64,000 nt of DNA from NCBI GenBank assembly GCA_963792585.1, contig CAWBWI010000003.1, positions 1,248,001-1,312,000 on the forward strand, read 5' to 3'. The notes beneath the pieces are model-generated. The model was not told the origin of the DNA. It did no database searches and saw only the letters and a program-made list of their open reading frames with translations. Each line of letters opens with the position of its first letter. Position 1 is the stretch's first letter. Shown here one piece after another: positions 49,254 through 59,208 of the stretch. The stretch is from Candidatus Eiseniibacteriota bacterium. Lineage in GTDB: Bacteria; Eisenbacteria; RBG-16-71-46; CAIMUX01; VGJL01. A program made the position numbers and the translations under genes.

Positions 49254-50354
49254 TCAGCCGTTCGCGCGCTGGGGCGCCGCCTGCGCCTTGACCTTGTCGC
49301 TCTCGGCCAGGCCTGAGACGACCTCGATCTGGATGCCGTCGGAGAGTCCCGTCTGGATCTCGCGGCGTTCAAACCTCTGCGGGGCGGTTTCGACCTCGAC
49401 GAACTTCTGGTCCTTCTCGAATTGAAGAAGGCTCTCGTTGATCGCGAGGACGTTGTCCCGCCGGTCGAGCACGATGTCCGCGTTGGCGCTGTAGTTGGCG
49501 CGGATGAGCACGCCCTCCTTGGGCTTGACCGAGGCGCGGATCTCGAACTGAATGGCGCCGTCCTGCTCGACCCCCTTGGGCGCGATCCGCTCCAGGACGG
49601 CCTCGAGCTGGTGGCCCTCGATGGCTCCAATCGTGAGCAGGAGCGTCATACCCGGCCGGAGCTTGCCAACCTCGGATTCATCCACCCGACCTTGGAAGAT
49701 CATGTCGCCCATGTCGGCAATGGTGGCGAGTGTCGTGCCGTCGTTGAAGTTGTTTGCCTCGATGACCGAGTGGCCGATCTCGACGGGAACTTCGAGGACC
49801 ATTCCGGAGATGGTCGAGCGGACGAGCGTGTTCGAGGCGGCGCCCGCGCTGCGGGTGATGCCCTTCTCGATCAGCTCCAGATTGTCCTGGGCTCCCTGCA
49901 GCTCCGCCCGGGAATCTTCGAAGACGGTCTCGAATTGTTGCAGCGTTGCCTGGGATATGAGGCTGTCGGCGATCAGGGCACGATTGCGGTCGTAGTCCTT
50001 CTTGGCGCTCTGAAACGAGATCTCGGCGCGCGTGACCCTGTTCCTGGCATTGCTGAGCGAGACCATGTCGGGGACCAAGCGGATCCGCGCGATCAGGTCG
50101 CCTTCCTTGATGATCTGACCGGGCTCGACGGAGATTGCATCGACGATGCCGGACACCCTGGACTTGATCTCCACCTCATGGCGGGGGATGACCGATCCGG
50201 TCGCGACCGCCTTGCTGATGATGGTCGCGATCTTCGGCGACTCGGTCTGGTAGATCGTCTTCGGCTTCCTGGACTTTGCCCAGAGAAAGTAGACGGTTCC
50301 GCTGAAGAGCACGAGCACGAGGGCACCGATCAGGAAGGGGGCAATTCGCTTCAT
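49254..50354 (-). CDS. Efflux periplasmic adaptor subunit (MacA/HlyD-like)
   Basis: N-terminal TM; ATGSVIP...VEIKSRVSGIV; coiled-coil hairpin; VRSTISGMV; VDESEVGK; TGLSDG. Confidence 0.92.
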   Translation of the reverse strand: MKRIAPFLIGALVLVLFSGTVYFLWAKSRKPKTIYQTESPKIATIISKAVATGSVIPRHEVEIKSRVSGIVDAISVEPGQIIKEGDLIARIRLVPDMVSLSNARNRVTRAEISFQSAKKDYDRNRALIADSLISQATLQQFETVFEDSRAELQGAQDNLELIEKGITRSAGAASNTLVRSTISGMVLEVPVEIGHSVIEANNFNDGTTLATIADMGDMIFQGRVDESEVGKLRPGMTLLLTIGAIEGHQLEAVLERIAPKGVEQDGAIQFEIRASVKPKEGVLIRANYSANADIVLDRRDNVLAINESLLQFEKDQKFVEVETAPQRFERREIQTGLSDGIQIEVVSGLAESDKVKAQAAPQRANG

Positions 50355-50400
50355 GTTCTTGAACCCTTGAAGTTGGTGAAAGTGTCCATGAGTTCCGAGG

Positions 50401-51669
50401 TCATTCGCTTCTCAACGCCATGATAGGGCTGATCTGAAGAGCGCGTTGCGCCGGGGCCAAGCCGGCCAGCAGGCCGGCCGTGACCAGGATGGCGAGGGCT
50501 TGGAGCGCCTGCCCGATGCCCACGTCCGGGTTCGTGAACATGCGGGCCCCGTCGCCGGAGGGGAGCATCCTGCCGACCCCTTCTACGAGGGCGATGCCGG
50601 CCACCATGCCCAGGTATCCCGCGATGGAAGTCAGGATCACGGTCTCGACCACGATCTGGGTGACGATCGCCGAGGGCTTCGCGCCGACAGCCCGGCGGAT
50701 GCCGATCTCCTTCGTCCGTTCCTTGATGATGATGAGCATGATGTTGGAGACGCCGATCGCGCCGGCCGCGAGCGTGCCGGCGCCCACCAGCCAGATGAGA
50801 ATCCGGATTCCCGCGAAGAGCGCCTGGATCTTTCCATAGTCCTCTTCGAGGTTATAGTGGCCGAATGCGCGGAGATCGTCCGGGGCCACCTTGTGGCGCT
50901 CCTTCAGCAGTGAGAGGACCTTCTCTTCCGCGACCGACGCGCGGACATCCGGTTTCGAGATCACGGCCAGCCAACCGACCTGGTCCCCGAAATTGAAGGC
51001 GCGCTGGAACGTGGTGAAGGGGACGAAGACGGCCTGCGCGTCGCGATCGCCGTCCTCTCCCGTTTGAGAGCTCTTGAAGATGCCGATGACCTCGAAGAAG
51101 ACCCCCTGAATCACGATCGACTTGCCGATCGGATTCTCTGCGGGCTCGAACAGGACCTCACGGACGCGGGTGCCGATGACCGCGACCTTCCGGTGCTCCG
51201 CGAGGTCGAGGGGGTTCAGGAAGCGGCCGGCCTCCAACCCGTACGACTGGATCCTGCGGATTTCCGGATAGTCGCCCATGACGCTGAACGCTCCGGCCTT
51301 GCGGCCGCGGGTGACGTTGTTGCCGCCCATGTATCCGCCGAGTTGATTGCGCGGGGCGACGACTTCCACCTCGGGGACCTTGTCGCGGATGGCCTGAACA
51401 TCTGCGTTGGCCAGCTCGAAGGTCCGCCCTGCGGGCATCCCCGCCCACGGCTTCTGCGTGCGCTGGGTCCATATGAAGAAGCTGTTGGCCGCGCTCCCGG
51501 AGAATCCGCGCATGACGCCGTTGCGAAGGCCGGACCCCGAGCCGATCATGACCATCAGGAGGAAGATTCCCCAGAAGACCCCGAACGCGGTGAGCGCGGT
51601 CCGCACGCGGTTGCGCAGCAGGGCCGCCTTGATCTCAGCCCAGTGGTCCAGGTCGAAGATGGGACCCAT
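50401..51669 (-). CDS. ABC transporter permease (MacB/FtsX-like)
   Basis: RTALTAFGVFWG, GRFLN, GVSNIMLIIIKERTKEIGIRRAVGA, PAQRA. Confidence 0.93.
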   Translation of the reverse strand: MGPIFDLDHWAEIKAALLRNRVRTALTAFGVFWGIFLLMVMIGSGSGLRNGVMRGFSGSAANSFFIWTQRTQKPWAGMPAGRTFELANADVQAIRDKVPEVEVVAPRNQLGGYMGGNNVTRGRKAGAFSVMGDYPEIRRIQSYGLEAGRFLNPLDLAEHRKVAVIGTRVREVLFEPAENPIGKSIVIQGVFFEVIGIFKSSQTGEDGDRDAQAVFVPFTTFQRAFNFGDQVGWLAVISKPDVRASVAEEKVLSLLKERHKVAPDDLRAFGHYNLEEDYGKIQALFAGIRILIWLVGAGTLAAGAIGVSNIMLIIIKERTKEIGIRRAVGAKPSAIVTQIVVETVILTSIAGYLGMVAGIALVEGVGRMLPSGDGARMFTNPDVGIGQALQALAILVTAGLLAGLAPAQRALQISPIMALRSE

Positions 51670-51678
51670 CCGGTCCTC

Positions 51679-52911
51679 CTATTCGTCGCGCAGGGCTTCG
51701 ACCGGCCGGACGCCGGCCGCCCGACGCGCGGGGAAGTAGCCCGCGACCGCGCCGGCGAAGATGAGCAGGGCCGTCGCCGAGAGGGCCACGCCCAGATTCA
51801 CCGATGGATTGCGGAAGTAGTCGGAGCTCTTGATGCCGCGGGCCATCACTTCCAGAAACGCCACGCCGCCGACCAGCCCGAAATAGCCTGCCACGGCGGT
51901 GACGAGAACCGATTCCTGGAGTACGAGACCCATGATCGACCAGGGCGTCGCTCCCAGAGCCTTGCGGATGCCGATCTCCTTCGTGCGTTCCTTGACGGCG
52001 ATCATCATGATGTTGGACACGCCGACCACGCCGGCGAGCAAGGTGCCGACGCCGATCACCCAGATGAACATCCGGATCCCGCCCATGAGACTGACGAAGC
52101 GCTGGAATTGCTCCACCGCGTTGGAGATGAACACCGCGCGTTGATCGTCAGGATCGAAATCGTGGCGCTCGGCGATGCGCTCACGCAGGTCCGCGGTGAT
52201 CGCCTTGCTTTCCTCGAGCCCGGCGTCGCCGATGGTCAGCATGACCATGCCGATGCGATTCGCGCCATTGAAGGCCCTCTGGGCGGTCGAGATCGGAAGG
52301 TAGATCAGCTCCAATTCGCCTTGGCTGCCCTCGTCGGTGAAGACGCCGACGATGAGAAACGGAATGCCGTTGATCTTGAGGTACTCGCCGATCGCCGCGT
52401 GACCCTTCAGGAGCTGCGCCTTCACCTTCTCGCCGATCACCGCCACTTTCCGATACTCCGAGATGTCGAGCGGGTTGATGAATCGCCCCTCGGTCACGAT
52501 TGTCTTCTCGAGGAACTGGTGATCGGGGTGGACGCAGCGGACGCTGTAACTCGACGTCTCGCCCTTGTAGGCGACCTTCAGGCTGCCCCGGATGAAGAAA
52601 CGGGACGTGATGTGATCGACCTGACGGACGTTCGCCTTGATGTCCTCGTAGTCGCCGTTGGTGAACTGAACGGAGCGGCCGGGACGCAGGCCTCGATACG
52701 GCTGGCTCGTCTGCCCGCTGCGGACCCAGATGCTGTTCAGCGCGTCGTCGCGGAATTGATATTCCACGCCGTGGGAGAGCCCCTGGCCGGACCCCAGGAG
52801 CACGACGAGGATTAGGATTCCCCAGGCGACGCTGAATGCCGTGAGAAAGGTCCGCAACCTGTTCTTGCGGATCGTCTCCAGGATCTCCTGCCAGCTGTCG
52901 ACGTCGAACAT
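51679..52911 (-). CDS. ABC transporter permease (MacB/FtsX-like), second paralog
   Basis: NRLRTFLT, GVSNIMMIAVKERTKEIGIRKALGA, FPARRAA..RPVEALRDE. Confidence 0.93.
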   Translation of the reverse strand: MFDVDSWQEILETIRKNRLRTFLTAFSVAWGILILVVLLGSGQGLSHGVEYQFRDDALNSIWVRSGQTSQPYRGLRPGRSVQFTNGDYEDIKANVRQVDHITSRFFIRGSLKVAYKGETSSYSVRCVHPDHQFLEKTIVTEGRFINPLDISEYRKVAVIGEKVKAQLLKGHAAIGEYLKINGIPFLIVGVFTDEGSQGELELIYLPISTAQRAFNGANRIGMVMLTIGDAGLEESKAITADLRERIAERHDFDPDDQRAVFISNAVEQFQRFVSLMGGIRMFIWVIGVGTLLAGVVGVSNIMMIAVKERTKEIGIRKALGATPWSIMGLVLQESVLVTAVAGYFGLVGGVAFLEVMARGIKSSDYFRNPSVNLGVALSATALLIFAGAVAGYFPARRAAGVRPVEALRDE

Positions 52912-52941
52912 GTCAGCGAATGGCGTGCGGGGGTTTCATGA

Positions 52942-53703
52942 TCATCCCCCGAGGGACGTGTCATGGCGGCCCGGAACTTCCCCCGCTGCGACCGCGGCGA
53001 GGGGCGCATCGTGACCGATCGGATCGTCCTGTGTTCGGCCGTCGCGTTCGATCAGTCCGTCACGGAGGTGGATCACACGCTTGGTGAGCCGCGCGACGTC
53101 GCGTTCGTGGGTAACGATCAGCATCGTGACGCCGGATCGGTTGATGCCCTGGAGGAGATCCATCAATTCGAGGGATGTCTTGGAATCGAGCGCGCCCGTC
53201 GGTTCGTCGGCCAGGATCACCTTGGGATTGGTGATGAGGGCCCGTGCGACCGCGACGCGTTGCTGCTGGCCTCCGGAGAGCTCGCGCGGGAGGTGCCCGG
53301 CCCAATCGGCCAGCCCGACCCGATCCAGATACTCGACCGCGCGGCGATTTCGATCGCGACGCGGCACCCCCTGGTAATAGAGCGGCATGGCGACGTTCTC
53401 TGCGGCCGTCTTGAACGCGATCAGGTTGAACGATTGGAAGACGAAACCGAGCAGGCGGCTTCGAAGGGCGGCGGATCGTGTCTCCGACAGATTCTTGACC
53501 AGCTGGCCGTCCAGGTGGTATTCGCCGTCGTCGTAGTTGTCCAGCAATCCGAGGACGTTCAGAAGGGTCGACTTCCCGGAGCCGGACGCGCCCATGATCG
53601 AGACCAGTTCGCCGGCCCCGATGTCCAGGTCGATTCCCTTGAGCACGTGAAGACGGTTGGCGCCTACGACGTAGCTCTTCTCCAGACCTCGGATACGGAG
53701 CAT
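52942..53703 (-). CDS. ABC transporter ATP-binding protein (LolD/MacB-type)
   Basis: GASGSGKST, LSGGQQQRVAVARAL, LADEPTGALD, IVTH. Confidence 0.95.
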   Translation of the reverse strand: MLRIRGLEKSYVVGANRLHVLKGIDLDIGAGELVSIMGASGSGKSTLLNVLGLLDNYDDGEYHLDGQLVKNLSETRSAALRSRLLGFVFQSFNLIAFKTAAENVAMPLYYQGVPRRDRNRRAVEYLDRVGLADWAGHLPRELSGGQQQRVAVARALITNPKVILADEPTGALDSKTSLELMDLLQGINRSGVTMLIVTHERDVARLTKRVIHLRDGLIERDGRTQDDPIGHDAPLAAVAAGEVPGRHDTSLGG

Positions 53704-53868
53704 GGGGGACGCCGCCGCGGCGGATCGATGTTCACTCCCGGGTCCAATCATGGTTCCATTCTACGCATATGGCCGGTGGGTGGTTGTGGGTTTTCCTCGT
53801 CACGTCTCGCACGATCGCCCGGACGTGCCCCGGGACGATCCAATGCTCGGGTCGCGCCTTCGGGGCCC

Positions 53869-54792
53869 CTATCGCATCACGACGACCCGGCAGGATCGAC
53901 TCAGCGACGGCGCGCCGAGCCGCAACGCGTAGGCCCCGCTCCCCACCGTGACCCCCATCTCGTTCTTACCGTTCCAGGCGGACGTGTAATAGCCCGCTTC
54001 CTTGGGGCCTGCTTCGAGGGTTCGGACGCGCCGTCCCGATGCGTCGAAGACGGCCAAGTCGATCGTGGCCGGCCGCGCGAGCTGATAGCGGACCGTCGCG
54101 ACATCCCGAACGGGATTCGGGTAGCACGGGTAGAGCCGCGTGGCCGTGGGAAGAAGCTCCGTCTCGTCCTCCACCGTCGCCGGGTTTTCCGCGATGTTCA
54201 TGTCGAAGACGCCGTGGAGGGCTCCGTTCCCATCCTGGGTGAGCGGGATGATCCGCCCCGCCGCTGCGGGGTCCGATGCGAAGGGATCGTCCGGAATGCG
54301 CGGGTCGCCTTCGAAATAGAGCTGCGTCACGAGGGGCGAACCCTTCGGGGGAACGATCCGCAAGTGGATGTGCCTGCACCGTCCGGGATAGTAACCGGGC
54401 AAGACGGTTTCGTATCCATACTCGCCGTCCGCCCCGGTGATCATCTGGCCGCGGAGATTGAAGGGATCCTCGTCTCCGCACTGCTGGACGACGCTGTAGC
54501 AGCCTGCATCCGACGCCTGCCAGACGTCGACGATGGTCCCTTCGAGTTCGGTTGCGCAGTCGGTCGCGAAGACGCGCCCGTCGATGAAGAGCCTCGTTCC
54601 AGGTTCATCGGGCGACGCCAGGACGGTTCGAAACGGCGCGTTGCGAATCCAATAGGGCCCGAGCGTGTCGGGTGTCGTGAGATCGCATGCTTCGGCGATC
54701 CGTTGGAGCCCCAGGGCGGAGGCGGACGCAAGGAGGGACGTGCCCAGGAATCTCCGCCGGGACCAGGGGGACGACTGGTTGCCAATCTGCAT
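53869..54792 (-). CDS. Tat-exported intradiol ring-cleavage dioxygenase-like protein with C-terminal FlgD-Ig-like domain
   Basis: Twin-arginine SRRRFLG; GPYW, VDVWQASDAGCYS, LRG...T, PGYYPGRCRHIH, LVTQLYF; C-terminal YPNP...FDASGRRVRTL...WNGKN. Confidence 0.85.
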   Translation of the reverse strand: MQIGNQSSPWSRRRFLGTSLLASASALGLQRIAEACDLTTPDTLGPYWIRNAPFRTVLASPDEPGTRLFIDGRVFATDCATELEGTIVDVWQASDAGCYSVVQQCGDEDPFNLRGQMITGADGEYGYETVLPGYYPGRCRHIHLRIVPPKGSPLVTQLYFEGDPRIPDDPFASDPAAAGRIIPLTQDGNGALHGVFDMNIAENPATVEDETELLPTATRLYPCYPNPVRDVATVRYQLARPATIDLAVFDASGRRVRTLEAGPKEAGYYTSAWNGKNEMGVTVGSGAYALRLGAPSLSRSCRVVVMR

Positions 54793-54966
54793 GATTCGGA
54801 ACCTCCGTTTGCTCCATCCGTGGTTTCAAGGCGACCCACGAGGTTAGACCATCAGCGGCTCCGCCGTGCCAAATGATCGATTTCACGAGATGTCTCTCCG
54901 GGAGTTGAATTCGGGCTCGCGCAGCCATCCGTTCCACGCGGTGACGTGATGCCGATTCCGCCGCCG

Positions 54967-55974
54967 CTACGGGGTGCAAACCTCCGCCTGCCCGAGCCGC
55001 GCATCCATCCGCATCTGTCGCCAGATGAAGGCGCAGGCGGGCGGGAATGCGAGGATCTGGAGGGCCCTGCAGGCGGCAGGCTTGATGGGGGAGGGGTTCA
55101 TCACCAACCCGCTCTGGAGGGCCGTGCGCGCAATCCATCGGGCGACCGGCATCCCGCGCAGAACGGAGTCCTTCAACCGGAATGGTGACCCCCGGAGGAG
55201 GACGAGTTCGATCGTCTCGCCGAGCTCGCGCACGAATGCGGAGAGTGTGGCGTGATCGGGGACCGCCTGGGAGACCCCCTTGCGGAGGTTCGAGAGGAAT
55301 TCGGCCGGCGTTCCCCCCGGCGCCATCGAGTGGGCCCTGCCGACGTTCCCCGTATGGGAGTCGGAGGTCGCCACGACCTGCTTCCCCATACGCCGTGCCA
55401 GAGCGAGGGTTCGCGCATTCAGCCGCGGAATTCGCCCCGCGTTGATCTCGATCAGGGGGAATTCCGGGATGAGGCTCTCCACCGCGCTACGGCTCCCTCG
55501 CTCGCCCACTTTGAACCAGAACGGGTGGTTGTATGCATGGTAGAGGTCCTCTCCTCGGCAGAAATCGAGAAACGTCCGAATCGACTTCCGTCGCCGGGCG
55601 AGTTCGAGCATCTGAGCTTGATCGAGCCCGAGGACATTGGTGTGGACCGTATGGCCGATCGAAGCATCCCGGATGGTGAATTCGATACCGGAGATGAGGG
55701 GGATTGGGGGCTCGTTGCCATAGTCCGCGAGGAGTTCGCGATCCAGTGCCTGGATGCCGCGTATCGTGTCGTGATCGGTGAGCGTGAAGAATCCCATTCC
55801 CCGACGCACCGCCTTGTCGTAAAGGGCGCGGGGCGAGAGAGCGGGGATATTGAGAACGTCGTACGAGAAGTTGGAATGCAGGTGCAGGTCCGCTTTCTTG
55901 TAGGTCAGACTCGGGTCATACGCACTTCCCGGGATCCATGCGCCCGGGGCCGAGCCGGCGAGAGCGTCGGGCAT
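54967..55974 (-). CDS. PHP-domain metal-dependent phosphoesterase-like protein
   Basis: ADLHLHSNFS, TLTDHD, GIE, H.NV, NHPF, SDSH. Confidence 0.85.
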   Translation of the reverse strand: MPDALAGSAPGAWIPGSAYDPSLTYKKADLHLHSNFSYDVLNIPALSPRALYDKAVRRGMGFFTLTDHDTIRGIQALDRELLADYGNEPPIPLISGIEFTIRDASIGHTVHTNVLGLDQAQMLELARRRKSIRTFLDFCRGEDLYHAYNHPFWFKVGERGSRSAVESLIPEFPLIEINAGRIPRLNARTLALARRMGKQVVATSDSHTGNVGRAHSMAPGGTPAEFLSNLRKGVSQAVPDHATLSAFVRELGETIELVLLRGSPFRLKDSVLRGMPVARWIARTALQSGLVMNPSPIKPAACRALQILAFPPACAFIWRQMRMDARLGQAEVCTP

Positions 55975-56216
55975 GACCTCTCCTCTCGGTCTGTCCGCAC
56001 AATCGAAGCACATCGGCGGCCGGATTTGGGAATCGCCGGCCCCGCGCGGGTGCGCTCGACGGCGACCATCCCTTACCAATTTAGACTATGGAGAGCTTTC
56101 CATGGCGTCCGTATCCGGCCCAGCGGTCGACGCGACGCTCGGTCTCCGAATCGATGGAACCAGTAAGACATGCAATTACTTATAGTTACACGGTCACGCA
56201 CGACCTCCCGCCGTGC

Positions 56217-57431
56217 TCAGAAGATCTCCGGGCACCAGGGCGCCCGATCGCGGGGGAAGAGCGCATCGGCGCGCGCCAGGCTCCCTGCGCGCAACTCCTC
56301 GACCCGGCCCGCGCGCGCGAGCTGAGTGAAACCGAAGCCGCCGAGATAGACCGAGCCGAGCGCGTTCACATCGAGCGCGAGGTCGGCGGAGGCGGTCGTG
56401 CGCGCCACCCCGCCCTCGCCGATGCGATACCGCCCTTCGTTCCAGGGACAGAATGGGTCGGCGAGTTCGATGACGACCGCGTCCCCCGGACCGATCGTCA
56501 GCGCCGCGAGCGCGGTCTGCACGTCGACGAGACGGACCCAGAGGCCGTCGGCCACGCGGAAGCCCATCGCGCGCGGGCGCGCGAGGAGGAAGAAGAGCGG
56601 GTGGTCCATGGGCAGAAGCTCGGCTTTCACGTGCGCGATCCAGTCGATGTCGAGCAGCATGCGCCAGATCTCCCGGGTCGCATCGAGGCTCGTGCCGATC
56701 GCCTCGATCACGTTGACATGCCCCTTCGATACCCCGAGCTCCAGGTTCTGGTGCATGCGGTAGAGCGCATAGGCTTCGGGTTCGCCGTCGAGCGAAAGGA
56801 GCACGCGATTCAAGACCCCCCCACCTGCCCGACGGTTCTCGGGATCGGCGAGCCGCCGCAGTCGCCACCAATCCTCGGAGCGGGCGAGCATGCCCGGATA
56901 CTTGCGCCGGACGCGCTCGTAAATCCGGGAGAAGGGTTCGTAGGCGGCGTCCTCATCCACCATCCGGATCTGGGCACGTGACTTGAACGGCTGCGCAAAG
57001 GAGTTCATGGCTTTGGGAAGGTCGATCGCCCCGCACAGCGACGCCATTCCGTACCCGAACCGGCCGTAGATCGATTCCTCCGATGCCCAGAGGTAGGCCA
57101 CCGGTTCCCCGTTGCCGTGGATGTCATCCAACTGCGCGCGCATCATGGAGGTCAGGACTCCTCGGCGCCGATGGGTCGGCCTGACGCCCACCACCGTGAC
57201 GCCGGCGGCGCGCACGGTGCCTCCCGGCACGGTCAATTCCAGGGGAAACGCCCCGGCCCCGCCGACGGTCGCTCCATCCTCCCTTGCCGCGTGCATTCGC
57301 TCGACGCCGATCGTGCGAGTCCAGCGGTCCGCGTCCTGCGCGCCCGGCCGCATCCCGAAGTAGTGGAAGATCGGCGCGAGCGCATCGATCATCTCTTCCA
57401 CGGATGAACAACGCTCTACGGTGACGGACAT
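56217..57431 (-). CDS. Eis-like GNAT acetyltransferase with C-terminal SCP2-like domain
   Basis: VTVVGVRPTHRRRGVL, LWASEESIYGRFGYG, LWVRLVDV, ALGSVYLGG, PWCPEIF. Confidence 0.92.
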   Translation of the reverse strand: MSVTVERCSSVEEMIDALAPIFHYFGMRPGAQDADRWTRTIGVERMHAAREDGATVGGAGAFPLELTVPGGTVRAAGVTVVGVRPTHRRRGVLTSMMRAQLDDIHGNGEPVAYLWASEESIYGRFGYGMASLCGAIDLPKAMNSFAQPFKSRAQIRMVDEDAAYEPFSRIYERVRRKYPGMLARSEDWWRLRRLADPENRRAGGGVLNRVLLSLDGEPEAYALYRMHQNLELGVSKGHVNVIEAIGTSLDATREIWRMLLDIDWIAHVKAELLPMDHPLFFLLARPRAMGFRVADGLWVRLVDVQTALAALTIGPGDAVVIELADPFCPWNEGRYRIGEGGVARTTASADLALDVNALGSVYLGGFGFTQLARAGRVEELRAGSLARADALFPRDRAPWCPEIF

Positions 57432-57642
57432 CTTCGTTTCCTCCGCCGCGTTTCTTGTGTCGGCCATCGGACGGCGCAATCCCTCCAAAGGGACGCCCCC
57501 CAGATCAGACTCTCTGCGGATTCAATGGGGATCTTAGGGCAAGAATGGCGTGAGCGGCCACGATCCGTTCCCGGCGCCGCCCGAGGGGCGCCGATCGCCG
57601 GATCGCGATGGGGGAGCCCCTTCGCTGGGGGTATGCCGGTGT

Positions 57643-58833
57643 CTAGAACGAGTGCATCGCGTAACGGTCGTACTCGTCGCCGTCCGGGTCCATCGTGTTG
57701 CCTTCCGCGTCGACCCCGTGAAACTGAAAGACCCAGTGGGAAGGATCCATGACGCCGGTGCCGTCGGCATTCTGCGTGACCGTGAAGGAAACCGTAGCCC
57801 GCCTGGTCAGCGGATCGTATCGAACGCTCATGGGCAATGGGGAAATCGATACCTCATCGCCCGGATGGAAATTCATGCCGTTATTGTAGAAACCGCCACG
57901 GCCGCCGTCCGCCCGGGAGATCCACCAGTTGGACGTCCTCTGGATCGAGGAGATGTCCATGTCGGTGTTGAACTGGAAGACCATCTGGAAGGTCATGGAC
58001 GCCCCCGGCTCGGCCAGCGAGGCGTCGAGTGTCTCGAGCGGTGTTCCCGGGCCATACCGGGCCGGAAACGTGCCCCGGACGATGTCGTCGTAGAGGATCT
58101 TCGGCTTGAACATCGCCTTCTCGATCTCCTCGGCGAGCACGTTGCCCTCTTCCGTGTTCAGATCGTAGAGGGCGGCGACCTGCGCGAGCGCGAGGTCCTT
58201 GTCTCCCATCGCCAGGTAGGAGTGGGCCAGGTCGGCGCGGGCCACCGCATAGTCGCGTCGCAGGTCGAGGGCCTTCGTGAACTGGGCGGCGGCCTCCTCG
58301 TAGCGCTCTTGCTTGTTGTAGACGAGGCCGAGACTGTAATGAGCGGCGGCGTCGTTGGGAACGATGCGGACCGCTTTGGCGAACTGCATCTCGGCGTCGG
58401 CCAAGCGTCCGGTATTCATGTAGACGTACCCGAGCGATGCGACCGCTCCCGGCGAGGTCGGGTTCGCCTTGATCATGTTGATGAAGATCGTCTCCGCTAC
58501 GGCGTATCGCTCGTTCTTCATCGCAAAGTCCGCGAACTCCTTGCGCAAGTCGACGGAGGTCGGGTCGAGCCGGAGCGCCCGCTGGTACGCCGCGATCGCC
58601 TCATCGGTTCGCCCGAGCAATCCATAGGTGCGGGCGACGTACATCTGGGCCTCGGTCAGGTCGGGCTTGTAGGCGACGGCCTGCTTGAAGCTCACGAGCG
58701 CCGCTTCGTAGTTCCCTTTCTGAATGTTGGCGGCGCCGCGGTCGAGGGCGGAGGTGGCAACGGAGCCCCGCAGGGACTGGATGTTCAGCAGGGTCGAGTA
58801 CAGGGTGTCGACCGACTTGTTCGACCAGTCCAT
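57643..58833 (-). CDS. TPR-repeat protein with C-terminal beta-sandwich domain
   Basis: GGAGG RBS; TPRs (AIAAYQRALRLDP, AHYSLGLVY); C-terminal MVFQFNTDMDISS...WWISRA...DPSHWVFQF. Confidence 0.85.
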   Translation of the reverse strand: MDWSNKSVDTLYSTLLNIQSLRGSVATSALDRGAANIQKGNYEAALVSFKQAVAYKPDLTEAQMYVARTYGLLGRTDEAIAAYQRALRLDPTSVDLRKEFADFAMKNERYAVAETIFINMIKANPTSPGAVASLGYVYMNTGRLADAEMQFAKAVRIVPNDAAAHYSLGLVYNKQERYEEAAAQFTKALDLRRDYAVARADLAHSYLAMGDKDLALAQVAALYDLNTEEGNVLAEEIEKAMFKPKILYDDIVRGTFPARYGPGTPLETLDASLAEPGASMTFQMVFQFNTDMDISSIQRTSNWWISRADGGRGGFYNNGMNFHPGDEVSISPLPMSVRYDPLTRRATVSFTVTQNADGTGVMDPSHWVFQFHGVDAEGNTMDPDGDEYDRYAMHSF

Positions 58834-58930
58834 CCGTGGATCCTCCGTTCCGTGCGTACCCGATCGCGATGCCGGGGAAGCTCCGCCCCGTCTGCACCCG
58901 GTGCAGGCGGCGCGCTCCGGGTCTCTCAAA

Positions 58931-58957
58931 GTGTCGGAGCGAGGGGCGATAACTTGA
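58931..58957 (-). promoter_or_regulatory. Putative sigma28 promoter for the TPR gene
   Basis: Minus strand TCAA-N15-TCCGACAC, about 100 nt upstream of ATG 58833. Confidence 0.4.
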
Positions 58958-59027
58958 GACGGGCCTCGGCCTTCGACGGAACTGCCTGGCGCAGGGCAGT
59001 GAGTGGAGCCCGTTGCGCCACTCTCCA

Positions 59028-59053
59028 CAATATATTGAAATATAATAGGTTAC
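59028..59053. promoter_or_regulatory. AT-rich, IHF-like site in a divergent intergenic region
   Basis: CAATATATTGAAATATAATAGGTTAC. Minus strand TTTCAATATATTG matches WATCAAnnnnTTR with one mismatch. Strongly AT-rich against the background. Confidence 0.3.
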
Positions 59054-59208
59054 GACATAAGAGCCGTCAGGGGGGTCCTCCATCTGCGTGCCCGATTCGG
59101 AAGGACCCCTCACATTCGTCGCCGTGACTGCCTATGGTGGCCCTTTCCGGATCCCAGCGCCGATAATCGGCTAGGCGCGCAATGGCAGGAGCGGGGAGGT
59201 CAAACCGG

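Noticed and set aside
49254..53703. MacAB-like exporter as an antibiotic-resistance or novel secretion system
   Set aside because: Common ATPase + two permeases + adaptor arrangement. The substrate cannot be inferred and nothing unusual was seen.
56217..57431. Eis-like gene as an aminoglycoside-resistance determinant
   Set aside because: The family is widespread with varied substrates, and there is no mobile context or specific evidence here.
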